From assembly GCA_964234715.1 (NCBI GenBank), contig OZ174280.1: DNA of 64,000 bases. One strand, 5' to 3'. This DNA is from Podarcis melisellensis. Lineage: Eukaryota. Each line of letters starts with the position of its first letter. Position 1 is the first letter of the stretch. The translations under genes and the position numbers were made by a program. Shown piece by piece: positions 47,942-59,894 of this stretch. Under the pieces are notes generated by a model, which was not told the origin of the DNA, did not search any database, and saw only the letters and a list, made by a program, of their open reading frames with translations.

Positions 47942-49394
47942 CTGCGGGTGTGCATCCTTGAGCAGCCGGGCTGGAGCCCCCTGCAGGAGTCCAGGGGAGT
48001 CCAGCTGCTTGCTCCCGCTTGACAGCCCTTTAGGTGGGACAGGGTGTTGGCCCTCCCACTCCTGGGAATGTTCCTGGAGACTGGCGTCAGTACCGATGAG
48101 CTGGATTGCCTGCAGCAGCTTCACCCAGGCACTCTGCCTCTGTGCCAGCAGACAATTTACCTCCTGCTATCTCACGTGGCGGGAGGGCAGATTCCCGGTG
48201 CCTGCAGCCAGTGCTGCACATAGACAGCTCCTGACCCCAGAGCTCTTCATCCTGCTGCTTTCAATGGGGTAGGCGCCCCACAAGCAACCAAGGGACAAAT
48301 GTGGGTATCAGGCCTCTCACATAGCTTGCACGTGCATAGAGTGCCAAGGAAGAATAAGTTAAACGCAACAGAATTGGAGGAAAGTGAGCTGAAATGCTGT
48401 GGCCAGTTTGGTGGCCTGGAGGGCAGGATCCTGAGCTGGAACTCCAGGGCAAGAGGGAAGATGTGGCACCACCATGCCACACACAGCACTGTGTTCCTCC
48501 AAGTTGCACCCACACTAGCCCTCACCTGAGTTCATTTGTGGAAATATTCCCATAGACTTTCTTTCCCTGCCGAACAGGGTAATTAAGACCAGCTAAGTTT
48601 TACTCCAAATACACCCATTGAAGCTAATGGGCCTATTTATTTATTTAAATTGTAGACCACCTTGCCTCTGAGGATCGCAGGGCGGTTTACAATATGGTTC
48701 CGGCATGCAAGCGACAGCCCAACGCAGCCAGCCACCCGCAGCTCCACTCCTAGGTCAGGCAGGGATGGAGAAGAGGAGAGGCGGAGGCAGCATTGCTGCG
48801 TCTGTCCTCCGCTGGGCTGTGGCACACAAGGGCCTGAGCATGCCCTTGAAGCAGTGGCTGGGCACCTCCCTGCTCTGCCCATCCCCGGATGCTCTATTGC
48901 TGTTTATGCCCCTTTAGGTTCTAGGTAAGGCAAGCAGTCTCTGGGTTTCGTTCCCTCTCTGTTGTTTGTATCGGAGAAATAAGCACAGCACATAAAAACC
49001 AATGTGAATCCCTGGCGAGGCATGTGAGGGCCTGCCTAGCCCCTGAGGGTGCCTTGCCTCCTCCGCTGAACCGCAGGAGCTGGGATGCCTGGGAAGTGAG
49101 GTCTTTCTTTCCACAAATGGGCTGCTTTTTCATGGAGGAAGAGCAGCGTGCTGCTTCCTCCAACTGTCCCCATTAAATGATGGTAGGGGAGCACATGGTT
49201 TGCCTGAGGCCAGCTCAGTTCCCTTGTTCCCACTTTGGGAATTTCCAGGCGTTCTAGCACATCTCATTCCATGCAGCCAGTTGGATGGAATTGAGCACAT
49301 GTACATGGGAGGTAAAAGTTGCAGAGGCCGCTGTGGTGGAAAGACACGGTGGGGTTGGATTCACATCCTGCCCTTCAAAAGCAGGATAGCCATG

Positions 49395-49643
49395 TGTAGA
49401 ATAGTGGGTAGACATAGCAGACGACGCAGCGATTTCTCCAAAGCAGCTCTTTATTTGTAAGCTGGAACAGAACTGAACTGAACAACAAATAGCTCAGCCG
49501 GCCTGCTTTTATAGGCAGCCGGCTGTCAACATTGTAGCAACAACAACCCAGGGTTTCCCACCTAAAGTAACTGATGTGGACCTGAGTGAAAACTACATAC
49601 ATGATACTCCTTTTGGCCAGGGTGAGAACTTCAATACATAATA
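49395..49643 (-). mobile_element. Solo LTR (~250 bp)
   Basis: TGT start; end TAATA (probably decayed ..ACA); 5-bp TSD CCATG (49390-94, 49644-48); minus-strand TATAAAA (~49508-14) upstream of AATAAA (~49450-55). Confidence 0.7.
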
Positions 49644-51434
49644 CCATGAGATTCACCAGGAACTGGCAAGGGGATTATTCAAGCTGGGGCTGCATTGTTG
49701 GAGTGAGAAACAGAAAGGCAGAGGCAGCCAAGCCTATTGGCTGCACTGTGGTCAGAAGTGCAGGCCAACACAGTGGCTAGTAATATTGGGCTTGAAATGG
49801 GGAAATCCAGGTCCAAATGTCCGCTCAGCTGTGAATTTCTCAACCCAAATGTTTATTCTCCCTCATTGATTCTAACCTGAGAGTACAGAAGGGCAAGGTA
49901 CAGATGTAGCAGACATTGCAGCTATGGTTCCATGATAGGCATGTGCCTTGACATGGGATGTGGAGTCTCTCTGTGACTAAGAGCCTGTGTAGTGTGGGAT
50001 CTGTTTAGGCACTGGAAGGAGTTGCTGCAGCAGCCTGGACCGGGGGCACAGCGAAGGATGGCCCTGGTGAACAGGAGCATTTCTCTAAATTAAATGTGAC
50101 GTTAAATGCATTTAATGGGCATGGTGGTTTAAAATGCAAATAGCCACAGCAGTGGGACTTGAACAGGATTAGGATTGTCTCAGGCAGGGAGGGAGAGTTT
50201 AGCTCTTTCTCCCCCCACTCCTGCCTTGATCCTGATGAAAATCGCCAGCTCTTCCAGTGCTGTTGTTTTGCATTAGGTGGAAAACTCCACTTAGCTCTTC
50301 CCAAAGATGGAGATTATTAATCAGGATCTAAGCATGTGAGGAAGGGTTAAGCTCCACATCGTCACCTTATGCAAAATGCATAAGACAGTGCAAAAAGCAC
50401 ATTTAAAGTCACATTTCATTTGGCCCTTAGCTGCCCAGTGGGAGTAGGGGAGATGAACTGATATTTGAAGCCAGTTTTTATCCCGGCTAAAGTTCCACTC
50501 TATGCCCATTGATTCACCTTGCAGTTTGTCCTGTTTCACCCAACCCAACATGAGCTTTGTGCAGTCGTGGTTCACACAAACAAGGGCAAAACTGCCCTTC
50601 TGCAATCCTGGATCTTTGCCGTTAACTTTGTGTTGTTGAATTTTCCTGGGGGCTGAGCTGCACTCTGATTACAAGTAGTGATGGGAAGTGAGGCATCTTC
50701 TTCCAGACTGGTGTTTCTGTGGGCTTGTTTTGTGGGTGTGGGTATACTCTGTAACATGTCATTGATGCAATAACAGTGCATTAGTGGGTGGTTTATATTG
50801 GATCGTCCACACTTCATAAGTCATTCTGCAGTGCTTCTGCAATGTTACCACTTTATTGCCATCCGGAAGGGCTCTGTTGCACTATAGCAATGAAAATTTA
50901 CAGGATTTTATGGGGCATGCCCCTATTGTGAGTGAAGCCGTATGACACCCCAAAAACTTTTGAATGCACAAGGGATATTGAATGCTTGATTGCATATAAC
51001 TTCCCTGATTATATTATGGGCACAAATAACGATGAGTGCTCAATAAAAAGAAGAATAGTTTTGGAGGGATCCTAAGAGCAACATTTCTCTGTCCTGCTTG
51101 GCTTCAAAGAAAAAAAGAAAAAGGGTGTGTCTTGTGACTTCTTTGGTGGTGAGTTTACCTGAGGACATGTCACTCTGCTATGAAACTGGCTGTCTGGCTA
51201 GAAGGGGAAGCTCATTTCCACAGCTTGTAAGTCCTTAGATTTCAGGCCATTCCCATTCCTGGCATAAACTTATTCCAGGCTTGTAAATAGCTTCTCATCT
51301 GGTTCTTTGTTGCATGTAAAAAAAAAAAATGCCTCCAGGCAAACAGATTGGGGGGGTGGGGTGGGGTGGAATAATACTTTTCATACTTGGGAACTTGTTT
51401 CTGAGTGAAAATACACATTATGGGTGCCGTTTAT

Positions 51435-51679
51435 GAGTGGTACCTCGGTTTTCGAACGTAATCCGTTCTGGAAGACCGTTCAACTTCCGAAACGTTTGAA
51501 AACCGAGGATCAATGGGCTGCCTGCAAAGTCGATGGAAAAAAGAAAAGGAAAAACATGCCTCAGAAACCTTTCGACTTCTGAGGCGCGTTGGAAAACAAA
51601 AGCAATTACTTCTGGGTTTTCAGCATTCGGCTTCCAAATTGTTCAGCTTCCGAGATGCTCAAAAACCAAGGTTCCAGAG
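51435..51679. mobile_element. Degenerate Tigger-like MITE
   Basis: AGTGGTACCTCGG start; decayed CCAAGGTTCCAGAG|TA end; internal similarity to 55213-55445. Confidence 0.7.
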
Positions 51680-52642
51680 TATTATGCATGGTGCTTGCAG
51701 TTTTTCTGCAAAAGAGAGACCTTAATCCTTTCTCAGGCCACCCTCGCCACTCACCCTGTACCAAGTTCCGTGCAGTAACATGAAAAGTATTCCAGCTCTG
51801 GGGAACTTTCCTGGCTGATCCTGGTGCTGAGGCAAGGGCTGTGTTTTGAGCTGTTTTCTCCCCCCCCCCATTTGTTTTACATGTTCTGAGGAAGGAGTGG
51901 CACAAAAGCTGAGAAGGGAAGGCTTGGGCTGCCTGCCAGTCCCTTGGTGCTGTGCTGTGACCTGTTGCCATGGCCACACCCTCCCCTCCTTCTCCCCCAG
52001 CTGCATTTCCTTTTGTTTGGAGCTGTCATGTTTCCTTGCCACAGCCTTTGAATCGCTCTCGAGATTCTATGGTCCAGCCCCGCACGCCAAAAAAAGAGAG
52101 TCACCAATGACCTGTGATTTTCTCCCGCCAGGCGTGGGGTTGGGGGGCTTAGGCTGAACGCCAGCCCAGTGGGCAAACACAAAAGAGGTCCAGGACAGAA
52201 GCTCACACTCTCTGTCACTTGCTGGCTAAAGTGACATGCAGTTATCTTCATAGAGAGTTTCACAAAATTCACAGAGGTATATAATCACATTATTTAAAAA
52301 AGCTCCCCACAAATAAATATTCCAACCACTGCCACCAGTGAAAAGCCAGTGGAACATAGACCTGCTTATTTAAATAAGCACTCATATACCTTTTGTGCCT
52401 GATGAAATGGAAAAGAAACAGCAGCAGGAAAATCACAAAAGGGAACAACATGTGGCCAAATGTGGGGTTAATTTTGGGATTATCCTTTAATAGGCACCTG
52501 CCCACAGATATAATCTCCAGTGGAACATATTTTTTCATCTGATTGTGCACACTCTTCACCAGTTCCCACCCCCCCAAGAGAGACCCCTCTTAAGCTTTGA
52601 TTACTTTCTCGCCTGATTTTGCACATGCTTGCTTATTTCACA

Positions 52643-52910
52643 CTAGCAGTCTCTTTCGTGATATGTCTTGGGAATTCTATGAAATCAAGAAATCAATGCC
52701 GTTTTGAACTTTGTGGTTAAAACCAGTGCAGTTTTGAAAGGCTCAGTCTACCACTACCTTGATTCAAAATGGTGTCCCGTTGTATCCAAACATAGACAGA
52801 AACCTGCTCCTTGATATCGGGGACCATCATGCAAAAGTTGTTTACAATATCTTAAGAAGTGTCAAAATTCGTAGCCATCAGACAAACAACTTTCCCAAAT
52901 TTATGGTAGA
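52643..52910 (-). mobile_element. Non-autonomous Helitron (268 bp)
   Basis: Minus strand reads A|TC ... CTAG|T, no TSD; decayed subterminal palindrome ttcgtgatatgtcttggg (52655-72) ~8 nt from the CTAG. Confidence 0.6.
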
Positions 52911-53117
52911 TTCTCCTCCAGTTTTCCCCTTGCTCAATTTTTGTGTATAAAAGGGGAGAAGCTATTGACGGATATTTGCACTTTGTTCCTCACTTAGCAA
53001 AATACGTTAAGTCAATAAGAATGAACATGTCATCTGTACAACGCTCTCTGCACATTGGCAGCTCTGTGGAAATCTGTAAAATCTAATGCTGTTAATTGCT
53101 TTGGGGACTCTTTCCTG

Positions 53118-53258
53118 CAATGGTTGGGGAACCTGTGGCCCTCCAGATGCTGTTGGACTACAACTCCCTTCATCCCTGATCATTGGCTAGGCTGACTAAG
53201 GACTAATAGGAGTGGGAGTCCCACAACGTCCATTGGGGCACATGTTCCCCAACTCCTG
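53118..53258. mobile_element. Hairpin MITE (same core family)
   Basis: ttggggaacctgtggccctccagatg...gttccccaa. Confidence 0.75.
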
Positions 53259-54605
53259 CCTTACTATAACTAATATGATGTGATTTTCTGCTGTATTTGT
53301 TTCCTTAATCTTTTCAGTGGGGCTGGGAAATTGTAACATTATGAAAGTTTGAACTATGGTCAAACTATTCAGTAGGTCGATAAATTGATTTTTTTAAAAA
53401 AGGAACCTGACTTTGGTTGCCTGTGCATTTGGCGCAAGTCAAAAAGATTAAAACAACACTGCCCTCGGAATGCATTAAGTGACCTAGTTCACATGGGAGA
53501 GCGAAGTAGGTGTGCACTAAATGTGTGCTGGTGTGTGTGCGCAAGCATGCACGCACAAACATTACATATATGCAAACTGCTTGGGAACAGTAAGAACGAT
53601 ATACAAGAAAAGAAAGTGTTGCATTTAAAATGCACTGGTACAGATAGAGGCACTGCCTAAGATCAAAGGTCCATCACACCTCTGTAGTCTTTTGCAAGAT
53701 AATTCCTCTCCTTTGTGTTGTGATTACATAGTGCTTTTTAAAACAGGGATCACGTGTGTGTTTCTGTGTGTTCTGTGGCAGAATTAGGCATCACAAGAAT
53801 CTCAGGTCTTCCTTTTTTATAGTGAGCCTTTTCATCCTTCTTGCTGCTGAGAGATACTTATTGGAAGCAGCTGGGCATTGTCTGCTGCTAGATCAATATG
53901 GGACACTGTATTTGTGTCCTGGATCTATACCTATAGATCAGATTGTTCAGCTCTCCTCAGGGGAGCATACACACAGAGAACCGTCTTTTATGGTAGATTC
54001 ATTAATCTAGAGCAAATTCTGGCCCCCGTTTCTCTCCCTACAACTGTTAAATGCCGGGTGATAATAGGGTGGAATTTTGCCCTGTGAAGTTTTACGGCAT
54101 GTTTACATGTGAAACAATGATTCTAATATGCTACGTTAGAATCACTGCTTCACACATAAACACAATGTGAAACTGCAAGGGGAAGAATTCCACTCGCTTG
54201 TTGAGTGCTCAGCATCCCAGATGTGTGGAGGGCTTTGCAAGTGTCTGCCCCAGACATTCAGCCCCCTGAAGATCCTTCCAGAACTGCTGCCCACATGGCT
54301 GCTTTTCCATTGGCCTGCCTTGGTCTAAGGCAGCTTCCTCTCCTCCTAGGTTTAGTTCAAGAGATACTGGGAGAGAGCTTTTACCTGCTCTGGCATCTCT
54401 TAGACTAGAGATGGGGAACCTGTGGCCCTCCAGGTGTTGTTGGAGTCCAGTTCCCATCAGCCCCAGCCAGCACAGCCAATAGATGATGGGAGTTATAGTC
54501 CCACAACATGTGTCTAGACAATACCTTGCTCTTCCTGGCTTGCCCTTTGATTGTGCTGCCATGGCCATTACTTGGCTGCATCAGGATTCTGCTTTTTCTC
54601 CACAG

Positions 54606-54763
54606 CCCATCGTGGGGATGTCTGGAGTTCCTCAGGGGCCCTCTGACCAGAAGGTAGCTGTGGTGACAGTGGATGACTGTGACACTTCCGTGGCCTTGAA
54701 GTTTGGTTCCGTGCTGGGAAACTATTCTTGCTCAGCTCAAGGGACACAGTCAGGCACCAAGAA
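54606..54763 (+). CDS. CELSR2: CELSR2 exon 6 (laminin-G 1); 158 nt
   Basis: ttttctccacAG acceptor; PIVGMSGVPQGPSDQKVAVVTVDDCDTSVALKFGSVLGNYSCSAQGTQSGTK; donor GTAAGA. Confidence 0.96.
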
Positions 54764-55212
54764 GTAAGAATTTTATGTGCGCTATAAACACAACTAATGA
54801 GCCTGGAGAAATGAAGAACGAGCAGGCATAGCTATAGCCAGGCTGGCTCCACTGTGCTTATTGTTCACTGGGGAAATTCCTATTAGGATCATGCCCTGTG
54901 GGATAGCGTTCACCTGTTCTAGCTTTCACAATCCACCTTCATACTGCAGTTGGAGGTCTCAGGAGAGCAATTGGGGAAGTTTGACCTCTGCACTTAATGA
55001 CCTTTCAGCTGATGGAGTGGAGATTGAAGATTGGGGACTAAAAGTGAAGGAAAGGGAGACTAGCGAAGGCTAGTCAGCCGTGTGATATTGACTGATCAGT
55101 GGTCCTGCCCAGCTTATACATTTGGCCCTAGAGGCTGATCTTGATATGGATCCTGTTCCTGGAGCCAAAAAAAGTTCACCACTCTGATTTCCAGGGTCAA
55201 ATAATTGCTGTA

Positions 55213-55445
55213 CAGTCGTACCTCGGAAATCAAACGGAATCCATTCCAGAAGTCCGTTCGACTTCCAAAATGTTCGGAAACCAAGGCGTGGTTTCCGATT
55301 GGCTGCAGCAAGGTCCCACGGAACCTGCGTTGGATGTTCGGGTTCCAAAGAACATTCACAAACCAGAACACTCACTTCTGGGTTTGCGGTGTTGGGGAGC
55401 CAAAACGTTCAACTTGCAAGGTGCTCGAGTTCTGAGGTACGACTG
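55213..55445. mobile_element. Tc1/mariner-pogo (Tigger-like) MITE
   Basis: TA|CAGTCGTACCTC ... GAGGTACGACTG|TA, perfect 12-bp TIR. Confidence 0.88.
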
Positions 55446-55747
55446 TATTCTGGGCAGCACTATTTTTCACTGTTGAGCTATTGGACATCTTAGTCTTCAC
55501 CAGCTACCTTCTGCTACTACAACTTTACACAGACAGAGACAAGTCTGGGCTAAAAGCTTTGCTACCCCATTGTGGGACTCGTCAAAGCTCCTGGCATATC
55601 CAGGTACCTATAGCTCTGATGATGTCAATCACTTGACCTGAAAGACCACAGTGATGCCAGCCATGATTGGGTCAGAAGATGTATTTTAATCTGCCATTCC
55701 CTCTGTTGAGCTTGACCTCCTGAGTTACTCCTGTCTTGGCTTCCCAG

Positions 55748-55911
55748 GTCCCTGGATTTGACAGGTCCACTGTTGTTAGGTGGCGTTCCTGACCTGCCCG
55801 AGAGCTTCCCAGTACGGAACCGGCACTTTGTAGGCTGTATTCGGGACTTCCTGATTGATAACCGAGAGGTGGACATGGCTGACTTCATTGCCAACAATGG
55901 GACGGTGCCAG
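55748..55911 (+). CDS. CELSR2: CELSR2 exon 7 (end of laminin-G 1); 164 nt
   Basis: ttcccAG acceptor; SLDLTGPLLLGGVPDLPESFPVRNRHFVGCIRDFLIDNREVDMADFIANNGTVP; donor GTATGG. Confidence 0.96.
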
Positions 55912-56049
55912 GTATGGCTTATGTTATATCTAGTGGATGGATCCAATTGATACAGGGGGTGCAAAACTGGCAAGAAAAGTACAGTACTGACTTTTTAAAA
56001 AATATTGCTGGGTGTGCCATTGTGTGTGTGTGTGTTGTGGTGTAGTGAT

Positions 56050-56203
56050 CAGTGGCATAGCGTGGGGGGTGCAGGGGGCCGTCTGCACCGGGTGCAACAT
56101 CTGGGGGGCGTGCTCCACGGGTTAGGGGGCGCAAAATCCACGGGTTAGGGGGCGCAAATTACTTGCCTTGCCCCGGGTGCTGACAACCCACGCTACGCCA
56201 CTG
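56050..56203. mobile_element. GC-rich hAT-type MITE
   Basis: TIR CAGTGGCATAGCGTGGG/CCCACGCTACGCCACTG; perfect 8-bp TSD GTAGTGAT (56042-49, 56204-11); internal tandem repeat tccacgggttagggggcgcaaa x2. Confidence 0.9.
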
Positions 56204-56359
56204 GTAGTGATGGGTCTTTGTAAAAGTGCTTCAGTCCTGTCCCTGATTACTCTCATCAGTTGCCTCCTCTCTTGCCTGCCTTGACACTCCATTCCTAACC
56301 CATGGAGCATCTTCTGCTGCCTTTAGCCTTTCCAATGGCGTCTCACTTTTCTCCTCTAG

Positions 56360-56485
56360 GCTGTTCAGCCAAGAAGAACGTTTGTGACAGCAACACTTGC
56401 CACAACGGCGGCACGTGTGTCAACCAGTGGAACACCTTCAGCTGCGAATGTCCCCTGGGTTTTGGAGGCAAGGACTGCAAGCAAG
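56360..56485 (+). CDS. CELSR2: CELSR2 exon 8 (EGF4); 126 nt
   Basis: ctcctctAG acceptor; CSAKKNVCDSNTCHNGGTCVNQWNTFSCECPLGFGGKDCKQ; donor GTAAAG. Confidence 0.96.
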
Positions 56486-57255
56486 GTAAAGGGTGGAGGC
56501 TGTGAAAGAAGGGAGGCTATGGGGACATGGTAGCTCTGATAAGGCAGCTTGAATGGTCCCTGGGAGATGGAAGGCCAAATTACATATATCATTGATCACA
56601 TATTTTGAGCGCAGAGTTTTCCCTTGCAGAAATAGTGAGTGGGGTTGGCCATGATCCAGATTGGGACCCCAGTGTGGGGGTGGGGTGGGCAGGGGGCTTC
56701 TCATTCTCCTCAGTGGTGGTCCCAATCCAGAGCCATCCCCATCTCCAGTGCCTGCAATTTGCATGGGGGGGGGGAGTTTCTGAACCACTCCAATTGGGCT
56801 GCGTTCAAGAGTAAACCACATGATTCATGTTGCATATAGTTGGGCAGCAAGGATGTTGGGGGGAGGGCTTTTTGCTGCCTTTTTCTTCTGAGGATAAGAG
56901 GTGGAATGTTAACAGAATATCTCTGTCCAGTCTCAATCCCTGTGTGTGGGGCTGTGGTAGCAGGGAGGACATAACACCCATTTAAGTTAATGAGCTTCAG
57001 AAGATTTTGCTGCCGCTGTCAACATAATCCAACAGTAGTCCAGAAAATGTTGGATGCTGGGTTGTAGTGAGAATAACTTCTGGGTGTCAGAGTGAGAGGT
57101 AGCTCACACCCTCCTGCTAAGGCCTGGGAGTGTAAGTAAACAGGAGCTGTTTACTCAGCTGCGTAGGACACAGTTGCCTCAAATGCCATTGTGCTGAAGG
57201 TGGTGTCTAGTCCTTCAGTATAAGCAGGCAAAGATCAAGGGGGTGGTGTCTAGGC

Positions 57256-57705
57256 CAGGGATGGGGAACCTCTAACCCAGCCTTTCTCAACCTGTGGGTC
57301 CCCAGATGTTGTTGGACTACAACTCCCATCACCCCTAGCTAGCAAGGCCAGAGCTCAGGAATGATGGGAGTTGTAGTCCAACAACATCTGGGGGCCCACA
57401 GGTTGAGAACCACTGCACCGGTCAGATATTGCAGAGCTTCACCTCCCAACAGCTCCAGCCAGCCATCCTGCCCAATGGTCAGGGGTGAAGGGAGCAGAAG
57501 TCCAATAGCCTCTGCAGGGCCACAGGTTCCCCATCCCTGGGACAAGCCCTGCTTTAGGGATGGAGTTCCCAAACCAGGCATAGGCAAACTCAGCCCTCCA
57601 GATGTTTTGGGACTACAACTCCCATCATCCCTAGCTAACAGAACCAATGGTCAGGGATGATGGGAGTTGTAGTCCCAAAACATCTGGAGGGTCAAGTTTG
57701 CCTAT
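57256..57705. mobile_element. Cluster of three hairpin MITEs (57278-57415 nested in 57256-57539; third at 57575-57705)
   Basis: Three separate TIR pairs: cagggatggggaacct/aggttccccatccctg, ttctcaacctgtggg/cccacaggttgagaa, ataggcaaact/agtttgcctat. Confidence 0.8.
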
Positions 57706-57974
57706 CTCAAACCCATAGGATGCCTGGCAATAAGATGGGGGGGGGGTTCAGATCCCACCTGCTAGCATTATCCTTCATCCTCTCCCCTTCCTATACTTTT
57801 TATCCCACAGTGTTCCAAACATCCTACACTGAAAGGGTCAGGAGATGGATTAATACAACTCTAGTATGTTTGTCCTTACACTTGTGGCAGTCTAGTGACC
57901 TCTTCCACTGGTTCCAGCATTCACTACGGGTTGAGCATATCACCTTTTCTCTCATTCCCTCTCATTTACACAAA

Positions 57975-58030
<56 letters not shown>
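57975..58030. repeat. (CA)n(GA)n compound microsatellite
   Basis: Visible run. Confidence 0.95.
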
Positions 58031-58035
<5 letters not shown>

Positions 58036-58767
58036 TTAACGAAGGCCTCCTGCTGTACCCATAAGTTTCATCCCTGCCTCAGATGCACTCATTTGACATG
58101 CATTTGACATGCCAGTCAGATGATGCACTGCTTAAGCTGTGTAGACATTGATTACTCCTATGGCCACCTCCTTGGAAGGAAAAAAGCACTCTGTGTTTGC
58201 TGCCAATGCAGAGTTTCTCCTCCACATTGCTGCCCCCCCCCCCCGGAATTTCTCCTCTGCTTCTGAATTGTCACCAGAACATTATTCTAGGCCCAGGAGG
58301 GGAGCTGCTGCATAAATTCACATTTAGTACTCCATTGTGCCCCGGAGAGAAAAGTAATAGGATCTTATAACTTGCTGTCTTACTCCATGAGAATGATTTC
58401 AAAAGGCCGTAATAACATGTCTGCATCAAGAGGAAAGTTCACCCTGCAATGATTGTTCTGAGTTGCATAAAAAGAAAAGAAGGTTGTATGTATCAGCCTG
58501 CCATATTTCCAGGCCTCTCTGTAACCCTGAAGGCTAGAACCTTCTGTTATTACTTTTTTAAAAAAAGCAAAAGTGGAGCTGGGAGTTCCAGAGTTGCACA
58601 AGCATGCCTCAGGAGGTGCATACAGCCTTTCAGACTTGTGCTGGCAGCCTTGTTGCAGGGTGTGACTGGAAATCTGTGGCTTACATGCATGCAGGACCCA
58701 TATTCCGGCGATTGCTCTGCTGCGTAGCAATGCCTGCTTTTGCTGACTTGTGTCTCCCACCATGCAG

Positions 58768-58934
58768 AAATGGCAAACCCCCAGCGCTTCCTGGGCAACA
58801 GCATGGTCATCTGGAACAACCTGGCCTTGGTGATCACCCTTCCATGGCACATTGGACTCATGTTCCGTACTCGGCAGAGCAATGGCGTCCTCCTGCATGC
58901 GGCAGCCGGGCAGCATTCTACCATCACCTTGTGG
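58768..58934 (+). CDS. CELSR2: CELSR2 exon 9 (laminin-G 2); 167 nt
   Basis: atgcAG acceptor; MANPQRFLGNSMVIWNNL...LMFRTRQSNGVLLHAAAGQHSTITLW; donor GTAAGT. Confidence 0.94.
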
Positions 58935-59127
58935 GTAAGTCTCCAAGCCAGGGCAGCAGCACCCTGTAGATCGGTGGCCTGGAGAAGACCGCCTTCGCCT
59001 ACAAGCAAGAAGTAGAGAGGTTGGAGGGGATGCAGGTTCTTTGCTCCACAAGGTTATCAGGAGCAAATTGATGCACTTCTCCCAATAGTGAGAATGCCAG
59101 CTCACCTGCTTCTTACCTCTTTCCCAG

Positions 59128-59313
59128 CTGAGCGAAGGGAATGTGCTGATGACTGTGTACCGTGCCAACAGCCGGGTCTCCGCCCTGCGGCTGCACCAAG
59201 TGAAGGTGAACGATGGGGACTGGCATCACATGCAACTGGAGCTGCGCAGCAGCAGGGACAACCCAGAAGCCCAGTGCTTAGCCACAATGGCCTTTGACTA
59301 CGGCTTGCATCAG
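59128..59313 (+). CDS. CELSR2: CELSR2 exon 10 (laminin-G 2); 186 nt
   Basis: ttcccAG acceptor; LSEGNVLMTVY...VNDGDWHHMQLEL...MAFDYGLHQ; donor GTATGG; phase 0-0. Confidence 0.93.
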
Positions 59314-59780
59314 GTATGGGGAGTGAGTTGACTTCACCCACAGAAGTGCGCTCCATTCTTTCTCGACAACAGCTGCCGGCTTTGTGACTTCTCTCCCAGG
59401 CTGTTCTAACACTGGACTCGCTTTCCCTTAAGCTCTGCTCATGTCCCTCCCTGCTCCGAATCAACCAACACGCACTGTTGTTTTAGTTCCAGCCCCTTCC
59501 TACCTTCCAGTGGCCTGCACCCCTGACCTCTACCCAATGCTGTTTTTCTAGAAAAAGAGGTGCTGCCACTCACCACTCCCTTGTTCTTTTAGAATGGCAA
59601 TGGCATTCACCTGAGAGGTGCCTGAACCCACCTGAGAGGTGCTGGAACTGAATTCCCATGAGTTCCTGCTGAAAAAAAGCCCTGTCTCTATTCCCTTGCC
59701 CCCTCAAGTGTTGTGGCCTCTTCAAAATATATGGGGAAAGCAATGCTAGATGGCTGCTTTGTCTCTTACCTGTCCTCCAG

Positions 59781-59894
59781 GTGGCAATCAACATCAGCAG
59801 CGAGCTGCACGGACTCAAAATGCGGAACCTGAGTGTTGGCGGCATTCCTGGGGAGCAGGGTGAAGTGCAGCAGGGCTTCCGTGGCTGCATGCAG
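59781..59894 (+). CDS. CELSR2: CELSR2 exon 11 (laminin-G 2); 114 nt
   Basis: tcctccAG acceptor; VAINISSELHGLKMRNLSVGGIPGEQGEVQQGFRGCMQ; donor GTAAGC; not in the ORF track, translated by hand. Confidence 0.94.

Noticed and set aside
58380-59168. 262-aa antisense ORF
   Set aside because: Antisense to exons 9-10 and introns; no recognisable domain.
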